Shown piece after piece: positions 37,349 to 45,802 of a DNA stretch of 64,000 nt. The translations under genes were made by a program, and so were the position numbers. The stretch is from a virus, in IMG/VR virus record IMGVR_UViG_3300042896_001274, positions 4,035-68,034 of that record; one strand, written 5' to 3'. The notes below the pieces were generated by a model that saw only the letters and a program-made list of their open reading frames with translations, had not been told where the DNA came from and made no database searches. Each line of letters opens with the position of its first letter. Position 1 is the stretch's first letter.

Positions 37349-38076
37349 TTCACCTTCAATACTTGAGCCATCGACTCAGCCTTATTAAAACGATCTTCAA
37401 TAACGTTCCAATTAAATTCTCTCATGCGGGCGACGAGATGGCTCTTCTTGTCCGTAAGATAGTCACGGTAATATGCATGCTCCCACATGTCAACTACAAT
37501 AACTGGGTATAGACCCAACATAACATCTCCGCTGTGATGGCTAACTACTGTATTAACGTAACGTTGCAAGAAGGTGTGATATCCACAAACAGCCCATCCA
37601 GATCCAGCTGACATTGCACATGCCATAAAATCTCGTTGCCAATCCTCAAATGTTCCCCAGTCACGTTCAAGTCTCAAGTAAGACAATGAATCCATCGTGA
37701 TCTCTGAGTGAGGGTCAAAACTGTTTGCAAAATAAAGCTCATGAAGCCATGTTGCATTAAGGTTATAAATCTCATCAAGCTTCAAAGAACGATATTCAGA
37801 ATGTTTAGAGTCAGCTGCACCGCGATCAACTGTGTCTAACTTTGCTGAAACCTTATTTAGGGTTTCTACATAACCCTTGTATAGTTGAGCGTGAGCATCT
37901 TTCGTCTTTTGAGTTGAAAACTCAGAAACTTGTTTAAAGATCTTTGGCTCAGCAACGTAAGCTTCATCAAGAGATTCAACCTTTGGTAGAGTTGCAGTCT
38001 GCTGCGCAATTGCACTTTTTACTGTTTTCTTGAGCAAAAGATCCAAATCTACTCCGTCAAATATTTTTTTATCCAT
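37345..38076 (-). CDS. Fe/Mn superoxide dismutase-like protein
   Basis: H..LY.GY, LHELYF, GSGW, DMWEHAYY; N-terminal extension ends SLDE. Confidence 0.85.
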   Translation of the reverse strand: MDKKIFDGVDLDLLLKKTVKSAIAQQTATLPKVESLDEAYVAEPKIFKQVSEFSTQKTKDAHAQLYKGYVETLNKVSAKLDTVDRGAADSKHSEYRSLKLDEIYNLNATWLHELYFANSFDPHSEITMDSLSYLRLERDWGTFEDWQRDFMACAMSAGSGWAVCGYHTFLQRYVNTVVSHHSGDVMLGLYPVIVVDMWEHAYYRDYLTDKKSHLVARMREFNWNVIEDRFNKAESMAQVLKVK

Positions 38077-38085
38077 GATGCTTCA

Positions 38086-38442
38086 TCACTCTCTTTCGTA
38101 ATTATCCTGAAAATCCTGTAACGATACAATAACTTCTTTTGTATCCCCACCGGTTGCTGCTGGGCGACTTAACGTAACTGTCTTATCTTTAACATTAACG
38201 TCAACTACGTCGTAATTCAATCCTGACATAGGATCGCCTTTAGACGCTTTCTTTTTTACTTTTAATCCAACAGCAGCAGAAAGAACATCTTCACTTTTGC
38301 CATCGATATTAGCAAATACTTTAAGACCTGTTTCTGGCTTTTTAGATTGCTTGTTTGGCTTTTCAAGCAAAGAATGAACTTTTTTATCCCATTCTTCTTT
38401 CATGAGATCGATAATATATCTCTCTGTAAGCTTTTGCTTCAT
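38086..38442 (-). CDS. protein with tag-like N-terminal helix
   Basis: KLTERYIIDLMKEE...LLE; ATAATTA at 38459-38465. Confidence 0.6.
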   Translation of the reverse strand: MKQKLTERYIIDLMKEEWDKKVHSLLEKPNKQSKKPETGLKVFANIDGKSEDVLSAAVGLKVKKKASKGDPMSGLNYDVVDVNVKDKTVTLSRPAATGGDTKEVIVSLQDFQDNYERE

Positions 38443-38468
38443 GACAACTCCGTGTAAGTAATTATCGA

Positions 38469-38948
38469 TCAAGTCTCTCGAATCTTCAGGATAGTAGCTG
38501 GATTCTGCAAAAGGTCATCAAATTTAACACATGAAGTACCAGTAACTTCAAATATATGATTGCTAGAGGCTTCTGCATCAATATAATCAGAATGATAGAT
38601 GACGTTCTTAATCCCACTATTAACAATCCTTCTTGCACACATGGAACATGGTTTGTGCGTGCATAACATCAAAAGATCACCTCTTAGTTCATATGGCTTA
38701 CAGAGGTGAAATAAAGCATTTTCTTCTGCGTGAAGAAATCCTGATCTTCCAGACTCTAAAGATGATCTCTCGTTAGGACCGCCTTTATATCCACCGTTGT
38801 ATCCAATTGCACAAACTTCTCGATAATCTTTTGTGATTATGATTGCTGCAACTTTGTATTTCGAGTCATAAGACAATGTCGATAACTCTGTGCACATCTT
38901 CATGAAAACAGATAGTTTTTGTTTATGTCGATTAGATGTGTCAATCAT
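38469..38948 (-). CDS. dCMP deaminase
   Basis: KVAAII, GYNG, HAEEN, PCSMC. Confidence 0.9.
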   Translation of the reverse strand: MIDTSNRHKQKLSVFMKMCTELSTLSYDSKYKVAAIIITKDYREVCAIGYNGGYKGGPNERSSLESGRSGFLHAEENALFHLCKPYELRGDLLMLCTHKPCSMCARRIVNSGIKNVIYHSDYIDAEASSNHIFEVTGTSCVKFDDLLQNPATILKIRET

Positions 38949-39522
38949 GATTGCTAGAAAATAAACTTTCTCTATTTAGAATCAGCGGATGACATTTGCA
39001 ACATCGAGGTTCATATAATTCAGAACCACCGACTTCAATCTCATTCCCACCAGTCTGCTTCTTATAAGTGTAGTAAGCATCTCTATTACAAACTACACAG
39101 ACAGCGCTCAGTTTTTCAACCTTAGTTGCCCAAGGTAACATTTTTTCAATTTCTTCAAAGGGCTTTCCTGCCGCAGAAAGATCTAGACTAGAAACTACAA
39201 CTGAATATCCACTACGATATAACCAAATCAAGACGTCTGCTACACCTGGTATCATGAATGCTTCATCAACCGCAATCACATGAGGATTTTCATCCATCTC
39301 AGCAAGGTGCTCAAGTATGTCTGTCCCATTCTTTACACAAATTGCAGGAATTTTCCACCCGCTATGTGTAGAAATGTTGTCAGTACTATATCGATCATCA
39401 AGGCGAGGTTTGAAAGTTGCGATTCGCTTGCTTTGATATTTGAATCTATCAAGAATTGACAATAATGATGTCGTCTTTGCAGAAAACATCGGCCCACAAA
39501 ATATTGTAAATGTAGCGGTCAT
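38941..39522 (-). CDS. tdk: thymidine kinase
   Basis: GPMFSAKT, KP.LDDRY, VDEA, CxxC, VGGSELYEPRC. Confidence 0.92.
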   Translation of the reverse strand: MTATFTIFCGPMFSAKTTSLLSILDRFKYQSKRIATFKPRLDDRYSTDNISTHSGWKIPAICVKNGTDILEHLAEMDENPHVIAVDEAFMIPGVADVLIWLYRSGYSVVVSSLDLSAAGKPFEEIEKMLPWATKVEKLSAVCVVCNRDAYYTYKKQTGGNEIEVGGSELYEPRCCKCHPLILNRESLFSSNHD

Positions 39523-40514
39523 GGCTTTGCAAAATACCTATACCCTTCAAACGTTGTAGAAAGAAGTAACTTATTTGCCAATTGAGGATCCTTAAGCTTC
39601 GTGGCTCTATGTGATGCCAGTACCTTGCACCAATCAAGCCAATAATCATCAAGACCTGACTGATCAAGGATGTCAGAAATTTTCTTCTCGCAACCAGACT
39701 TTCTAACATCATTCTCCACACCCATCAACAAATCTAGTGGTGGATTACCAGGCATCTGAGGCATCTCTAAAACATTTCGATAATCCTGCTTCTTATCTTC
39801 CTCTAGTATTTTCTCGACCATTTTAAAGTGCCTCTCGTAGACATGAAGAGATGCGCTCAGGTGCGTGTAAGTTCCTAGTCCGATAGGCCGACCCAATTCA
39901 TTTGTGAGCTGAACTGCCAAGAGCTCCTGAAAGATGGTGAATGCTGGAACATCATAGGCTAATCCAAGAATCACATCGGAAGATCTCATCGAGGTCACCA
40001 TATGAATCTTGTCATTCCTCAAGAAAAATTGAAGTGATAGCGTGCAAGGTACATCAAGCTTGGCATACTTGCTGTCTTGCGGCATTCTAATGTGAATCAC
40101 AGCCCTACGAGAATCAGGATCAAGCTTCAACTCATTCTTAACATATTCCCATTGCGTCCATGTCCCCTCTTCAGGACCTTGGTAGGAATGATGTTTAAAG
40201 ATTCTAGACCCATATGAGCTGTTTGCCGTGGCGCCATCGTCAGAAATCTTCGACCAAAATGCAGAATAATTCGAAATCCAGTCGGTGGAGTTGTTTCCGC
40301 TCAAATACCAAAGAAGCTCTGCAACCATGTAGTGAACCGACAAATCTCTACCAGGAACATAAGGAATCCTATTTCTTGGATTTAGTATCTTGAACTGATA
40401 ACCTAAAATTTCTTTTATTTTCATTCCGCGAGGCGATGATGTGAATTCAGGATGTTCGTATACGTCCTTGGCGATATCGACATATGCTTCGGTAAAGTTA
40501 TTATAGACTTTCAT
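39519..40514 (-). CDS. thymidylate-synthase-fold enzyme, predicted dCMP hydroxymethylase/modifying enzyme
   Basis: ELLWYL, DSRRA, PCT, MRSSDVILGLAYD (Asp at the E. coli ThyA Asn177 position), SLHVYE. Confidence 0.8.
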   Translation of the reverse strand: MKVYNNFTEAYVDIAKDVYEHPEFTSSPRGMKIKEILGYQFKILNPRNRIPYVPGRDLSVHYMVAELLWYLSGNNSTDWISNYSAFWSKISDDGATANSSYGSRIFKHHSYQGPEEGTWTQWEYVKNELKLDPDSRRAVIHIRMPQDSKYAKLDVPCTLSLQFFLRNDKIHMVTSMRSSDVILGLAYDVPAFTIFQELLAVQLTNELGRPIGLGTYTHLSASLHVYERHFKMVEKILEEDKKQDYRNVLEMPQMPGNPPLDLLMGVENDVRKSGCEKKISDILDQSGLDDYWLDWCKVLASHRATKLKDPQLANKLLLSTTFEGYRYFAKP

Positions 40515-40515
40515 G

Positions 40516-41487
40516 TTATGCCTTGAGACTCAACTTCTTAATCATATCCCAGTTCTCATCATACCACTTGATGGTACGATCAAGACCCTCCCAAAACCTA
40601 ACTAGAGGAGTGTATCCAAGAACTTCTGTTGTGTTAGAGACATCTGCCAACGTGTGCATGACATCGCCAGGACGCCATGGTGCATCATGATACTTTGCAT
40701 CTGGATATTTGGATAAAAGATATTGAAGAATTTCTTTGTTTGTAGTTCTATCTCCACAAGCTACATTTAAAGACTTAGCCCTTAATAGGCCTGAAGCCTC
40801 GCCGGCTCTTATGCAAGCATCAACGACATTGTCAACATAGCACATATCGCGAGATTGAGAACCGTCCCCATCTGAACGCATAGATTTTCCATTTTTAATT
40901 GCGGTAAGCCATGATCCAATTACCGTCGCGTATGGAGAATCTCCGAGTTGGTGTGGTCCAAAAACATTAAAAAATCTTAAAGATACAGAGTCTAAACAAT
41001 AGAGATCATTATACATTTTCAAATAATCTTCGATGATAGATTTTTGTAACGCATAAGGAGACTTAGGACTCTTTTGACACGTAACGGGGGTCGGCAACAA
41101 TTCTGTGTTTCCATACACAGAAGATGATGATGCAAAAACAAAACGTTTAATATTGCCTCTGCGGCAAGCATCAATTAGTTTAAGTGTTTTTGAAACGTTT
41201 ATATCGTTGGTTTCTAATGGATACTTTACTGAATAACTAACTCTTGGAACTGCTGCAATATGAAAAACAACATCATATAACTTTGATCTAACACGATTCA
41301 AAATTTCTTCTGAAGAAAAATCATCGATAATAATCTTAGATTTTAATTCTTCTAGTAGAAATTCTATTTTTCCATTTGACATATCATCAACGATATCAAC
41401 ATCAACTCCTCTTTTTGTCAATTCAATTGCCAAATTGCTACCGATGAATCCTGCTCCACCAGTCAATAATGCTCGTCTTGTCTTCAT
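40516..41487 (-). CDS. NAD-dependent nucleotide-sugar epimerase/dehydratase
   Basis: TGGAGFIGS, ASSSSVYG, PYALQK, RFFNVFGP, RPGDV. Confidence 0.9.
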   Translation of the reverse strand: MKTRRALLTGGAGFIGSNLAIELTKRGVDVDIVDDMSNGKIEFLLEELKSKIIIDDFSSEEILNRVRSKLYDVVFHIAAVPRVSYSVKYPLETNDINVSKTLKLIDACRRGNIKRFVFASSSSVYGNTELLPTPVTCQKSPKSPYALQKSIIEDYLKMYNDLYCLDSVSLRFFNVFGPHQLGDSPYATVIGSWLTAIKNGKSMRSDGDGSQSRDMCYVDNVVDACIRAGEASGLLRAKSLNVACGDRTTNKEILQYLLSKYPDAKYHDAPWRPGDVMHTLADVSNTTEVLGYTPLVRFWEGLDRTIKWYDENWDMIKKLSLKA

Positions 41488-41538
41488 ACCGTTTCAAATA
41501 TTATAACATTTTTTTACCAAAGTTCATTACTTATTTTC

Positions 41539-42249
41539 ATGAAAACGTTTAACATCATCAATCATTCTTCCAAGGTCTCAAATGACGATCTACAACTAAT
41601 GATAGAAGCTTGTAAGATTCAACTAAGAGATCATGCTGGACCCGCACTGGACAGAACGCCTTGGGACATCAAGCTCAGCGGAGATGATGGGTTTCCTATG
41701 AATATCTTTGATGATACCGATCATGCAGGAGTCATGGGATATCACAGCCAAGACCCAAACGGGAAAGTCTGGGGTAGGGTCTTTGTGAATCCCATTCTAA
41801 ATAGTGGCGGAACAATTATGAACGGAACAAAATCCGTCTCGGTGGTACTGTCACACGAAATTCTTGAAACCTTCTACAATCCGTATATCAATCTTTGGTC
41901 AAATAGAGGTGATGCCACTTTTGTTGCCGTTGAACTTTGTGACCCTGTCGAAAATCATAGTTACGAAATTGACGTAAATGGTAAATCAGTAAGTGTATCA
42001 AACTTCGTTCTTGAATCTTGGTTTGATAAGGAAATGGCGTCGGCAGGAAAGTTTGATTATCTTTCTATTTTAAAATCACCTTTAACTTTAGCGCCGGGCG
42101 GGTACAACATCATTTTCGATAGCATAACAGGAAAAATGGGACCTGTATTTGCATCAAAAGAAGATGAAGATGCTCATGATTTGTTCAAACCTTCCCATCC
42201 TGCCGCGAGATCAAACAGGCACAAATCATTCAATACCACCACCACCTGA
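41539..42249 (+). CDS. putative zinc metallopeptidase
   Basis: GYH...SHEILE...ELCDP. Confidence 0.55.
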   Translation: MKTFNIINHSSKVSNDDLQLMIEACKIQLRDHAGPALDRTPWDIKLSGDDGFPMNIFDDTDHAGVMGYHSQDPNGKVWGRVFVNPILNSGGTIMNGTKSVSVVLSHEILETFYNPYINLWSNRGDATFVAVELCDPVENHSYEIDVNGKSVSVSNFVLESWFDKEMASAGKFDYLSILKSPLTLAPGGYNIIFDSITGKMGPVFASKEDEDAHDLFKPSHPAARSNRHKSFNTTTT

Positions 42250-42456
42250 AGATCCATCAACTGATTTTGATGTAGATGAGTATAGATCTTTATACCATCC
42301 TCCACCCTTCAGCGCAAATCCAGATCCTCCTGAAATTAATCTTTGAAGTGCACTCACCAAACATTTTGGACACTCTGACAGTGGGTCATCCTTCATGGAT
42401 TGAAATGCTTCAAAACAATGATTACAACACTTACATTGATATTCGTATGTAGGCAT
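42226..42456 (-). CDS. FmdB-family zinc-ribbon protein
   Basis: MPTYEYQC..C...CPKC...LKGGGWY..Y. Confidence 0.88.
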   Translation of the reverse strand: MPTYEYQCKCCNHCFEAFQSMKDDPLSECPKCLVSALQRLISGGSGFALKGGGWYKDLYSSTSKSVDGSSGGGGIE

Positions 42457-42468
42457 TTGCTTTTCTCC

Positions 42469-43245
42469 TCATGGCACAATAACTACTGGAAATAAAACCT
42501 GCTGACCTGTAATCTTTTGAACATCCTGTTGTCTATCATTCTTTAATGGCCCATTTGATGTAACAAGATGAGACATGTTTGGATCTTTGACAAGATCAGA
42601 GAAACGATATTCAACTCCATCAATCCAACATAGTTGCGAAACTAGTTGACAAGTTTGAGAATAATCCGTGTGATTCGGATCATGGGCAGTTGCATTAGGT
42701 TGAATAACCTTTGCGCCCTTTCCACAATACAAGGTTGCTGCAGGAAATCCCGTAATTCCGTTGAACGAAGCACCTGTAAAGTGCCATCCATAATTGCAAG
42801 CCTGCCTTCTTGCATATTCTAGCTTTTTATCAAGAATCCAGTGTTTTCCTGCAGGAGAAACAATTCCTCCGTTGTACGCCCCCAGAAGCTTATCTACTCG
42901 TTGACTATGAGCCAGCATAGACTGAACTGAAGATGAAATAGGTTGAGGAGAAGGAGCAATTCGATGATTCGCGTTTGCATACATAAAATCTGCTACCTGA
43001 GCAGTTAACAGGGATGCATCAAATACATCTGCAAGTTGTTGTTGTAATGTCGCTGTGACATTGACACGAACTCCACCAATTTTGAGTGCATCTGACATGA
43101 CATCGAGCTTTACTTTTTTTCCAGCGATGTCATATTCAAGAGGAACCCAAGATGCTTCAAAATTTCCTGCAACAACTTGATCAAAGATGTACTTTTGACG
43201 ATCAGGGATCTTTTCTGGAAATATTGTCGTTGTAATCATGATCAC
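42469..43245 (-). CDS. conserved hypothetical protein
   Basis: DALKIG...GKHWI...NYGWH...H...H.DYSQ. Confidence 0.7.
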   Translation of the reverse strand: MIMITTTIFPEKIPDRQKYIFDQVVAGNFEASWVPLEYDIAGKKVKLDVMSDALKIGGVRVNVTATLQQQLADVFDASLLTAQVADFMYANANHRIAPSPQPISSSVQSMLAHSQRVDKLLGAYNGGIVSPAGKHWILDKKLEYARRQACNYGWHFTGASFNGITGFPAATLYCGKGAKVIQPNATAHDPNHTDYSQTCQLVSQLCWIDGVEYRFSDLVKDPNMSHLVTSNGPLKNDRQQDVQKITGQQVLFPVVIVP

Positions 43246-44231
43246 TTTTTCCAGAAAGAGTACATGTTCTTCTCAATCTCATAATCCATATTCTTCATCG
43301 GACGATTTGGTTGTTCTTGCGCCCACTTAAACATCTTCATAATGGTTTCATGAAGATCTGTATTGTCTTTAAATCCAAGAAGCTTGTGTGCCTTTGTATG
43401 ATCGCAATATGCAGTATGAACTTCATTACGAGGTTCAAGATGAACCTTAGTTGCATTGATTCCTAGTTCCTTAGCAACGTTAATGACTGCTTCTGCAGCT
43501 TCATTAATTGTATAATGTTTATCTGCACCGATGTTGAATATCTCACCATCATGAGCAGTCATCAGTTTTTCAAAAGGATCCATGTAGAACTTAATGTCAG
43601 AAAATGCGCGGATCTGAGTGCCGTCTCCGAAAATAGTCAGAGGTTCACCAGCCAAAGCCTTACGAATCCAGATTCCAATAACATTACGATAACGATCCCA
43701 GATGTTTTGATAAATTCCAACAACGTTATGAGGACGAACAATACTATACTTCAATCCAAACATTTCATGCGCAAGTTTTAGATCCATTTCAACAGCATAC
43801 TTTGCGATACCATATGGATCTTCAGGCGTCGGAAGCTGACTTTCTGTAAACGGAGGGTTTCCTACACCATATACCGCCATAGATGAAGTAAAAACAACCT
43901 TCTTAATTTCGTTATTGATACATGCATTAATGACGTTTGCTGAAGAAAGAATGTTATTCGTATAATTGTAATTACGAATAAAAGGACTCAATCCTTCTGC
44001 AGCGTATGCCGCAAAATGGAAAACATAGTCTGGCTTTTCACTTGAAAAAATTTCTTCTACAGCTTTTCGATTTGAAAGATCTTGTTTATAAAATGTCATT
44101 TTAGAAGGAACTGAATCTTCATATCCTCCACTAAGATCATCAATTCCTACGACTTTATAACCCTTATTCAAAAGATGACGAGAAAAGTTTGCGCCGAGAA
44201 GACCTGCTGCACCTGTGATTAATACTTTCAT
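43242..44231 (-). CDS. NAD-dependent nucleotide-sugar epimerase (GalE-like)
   Basis: TGAAGLLG, HFAAYAAEGLS, SSMAVYG, YGIAK, GDGTQ.RAF. Confidence 0.9.
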   Translation of the reverse strand: MKVLITGAAGLLGANFSRHLLNKGYKVVGIDDLSGGYEDSVPSKMTFYKQDLSNRKAVEEIFSSEKPDYVFHFAAYAAEGLSPFIRNYNYTNNILSSANVINACINNEIKKVVFTSSMAVYGVGNPPFTESQLPTPEDPYGIAKYAVEMDLKLAHEMFGLKYSIVRPHNVVGIYQNIWDRYRNVIGIWIRKALAGEPLTIFGDGTQIRAFSDIKFYMDPFEKLMTAHDGEIFNIGADKHYTINEAAEAVINVAKELGINATKVHLEPRNEVHTAYCDHTKAHKLLGFKDNTDLHETIMKMFKWAQEQPNRPMKNMDYEIEKNMYSFWKK

Positions 44232-44238
44232 TTTTTCC

Positions 44239-45264
44239 TCACACTAAGGACTCTAGAAAATCTACAACTCCGTCAATAGAAAATACACCGCTCGATTTTA
44301 AATTGTTTTCTTGTTCTAAAATTAATGAAGTTCTATCATCAATCGACATCGAAAATATCTGCTTTACTTTATCAACGACAGATCCAGATCCAGTAACAAT
44401 CCAATCTTTTCCTAATAGACCTGGGATCAAAAATTCTTCTGGTACTAATCCTGGTACATTTGAAACTATGTTTTCTACGTACCTAGGAGAAGCAAATCCT
44501 CGAAGTGCATATTCTGGTTTTGTTATGTGTGTTGTACAGACGAACGTATTCAACCTCTTCATCGAATCATAGAAGTTTAACCTAGGAGCGAATGCAACGT
44601 TCATATGAGATGATATCAACTTTTTAGGGGATTCACGCTCAGGTGAAACTTCTAACCAGTTTCCATGAACCGTTGTTTGGATACCAAATTCCCTAAGTTG
44701 TGAAGAAGGAAATGAATAATAACGTTCAAACGCTTGTGGGCGTTCATAATTGTTACCAACGTATCCGTACTCGAATGATGATCCATTAACTGGCATCAAT
44801 TTCTTCCAATCCGTCCAGAACATGAGACGAGTACGGTTCCTAGTCAAGCTTCTAGGATCAAATGCTGGATCTGCAATAACGGCTTGCGGCCACTTCAACT
44901 CGTCTTGTTCTGTGACCTTATAATCACAATCCCAAATCACGACAGGGATTTTTCCATGATAATAAGATAAAAGCTCAGTCTGTCGATCAAGATCTGGTTC
45001 AAACTTACTTGAACCAGAATTCTTATATGTTGGCCATCTCCACTCTACAAACAAAATATCAATATCAGGAAATCCATCATCATACTTCAATCCAGGATAT
45101 GGGGCTGGTTCCCTACGGGCTTGTAATGAATAAACTTCATGACCTCTTCCTACCAAAGAATCTACCATAATAGGCCGACCGTACCGATGACCGTCCGGCG
45201 TCTTTGCTTCTTTTGACGCCTCGAAAGGCTCACAAAATCCCCAATAACTGATTCCTAGTTTCAT
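44239..45264 (-). CDS. GT-B glycosyltransferase, T4 beta-glucosyltransferase-like (putative DNA base glycosyltransferase)
   Basis: C-terminal GFASPRYVENIVSNVPGLVPEEF parallels T4 BGT FITLRVWE.MAS...LIDEEF (recalled); genomic context. Confidence 0.65.
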   Translation of the reverse strand: MKLGISYWGFCEPFEASKEAKTPDGHRYGRPIMVDSLVGRGHEVYSLQARREPAPYPGLKYDDGFPDIDILFVEWRWPTYKNSGSSKFEPDLDRQTELLSYYHGKIPVVIWDCDYKVTEQDELKWPQAVIADPAFDPRSLTRNRTRLMFWTDWKKLMPVNGSSFEYGYVGNNYERPQAFERYYSFPSSQLREFGIQTTVHGNWLEVSPERESPKKLISSHMNVAFAPRLNFYDSMKRLNTFVCTTHITKPEYALRGFASPRYVENIVSNVPGLVPEEFLIPGLLGKDWIVTGSGSVVDKVKQIFSMSIDDRTSLILEQENNLKSSGVFSIDGVVDFLESLV

Positions 45265-45265
45265 G

Positions 45266-45802
45266 TTATCCTTTTTTATTAATAAATTCTAGAATGGTTT
45301 TCATTTCCCAATCAATGTCTTCTGAATCGACGCACAGTCGCAGAGTCTCACATTTGGTCCAAATTATAAATTCAGCATACATGTCAGATATTTTTTGCAT
45401 TGCTTTGCAATCAATGTCATGCATATCATCATGCATTCCTTCATATGATGTTCTGTACGGAATCACAATTTTAACGCCTACTTTAGCTGCAAGGTCATCG
45501 ACATATGTCAACGCTTCATGATCAGTGATTCTATTATAAACTCTTGAGTATACCCATTCAGAAGGATAAGAACGATCAAGAACGACAGAAGTTCCTGTCA
45601 TCTTTAAAAAATTATAAAAATATGGATCTCCATACTTCAATGCGTTTGAAAAATATGAAGGATCTTTTGAGAAAGCATTCCATTCAGATTCGTTCTTAAA
45701 ATACGGAACTTGAATTCTTTTTGACAATTCGCGAGCCATCTCCGTCTTGCCGACCTTATCAGACCCATCAAATAAAATAACGGTTCCCATTTTATTCCTC
45801 AT
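45266..45802 (-). CDS. dNMP kinase (thymidylate-kinase-like), probable modified-dCMP kinase
   Basis: DGSDKVGKT P-loop, LDRSYPSEWVY. Confidence 0.75.
   Translation of the reverse strand: MRNKMGTVILFDGSDKVGKTEMARELSKRIQVPYFKNESEWNAFSKDPSYFSNALKYGDPYFYNFLKMTGTSVVLDRSYPSEWVYSRVYNRITDHEALTYVDDLAAKVGVKIVIPYRTSYEGMHDDMHDIDCKAMQKISDMYAEFIIWTKCETLRLCVDSEDIDWEMKTILEFINKKG

Noticed and set aside
39519-40514. Ordinary thyA, or a dUMP hydroxymethylase
   Set aside because: Asp rather than Asn at the base-specificity position, and a separate intact thyX is present.
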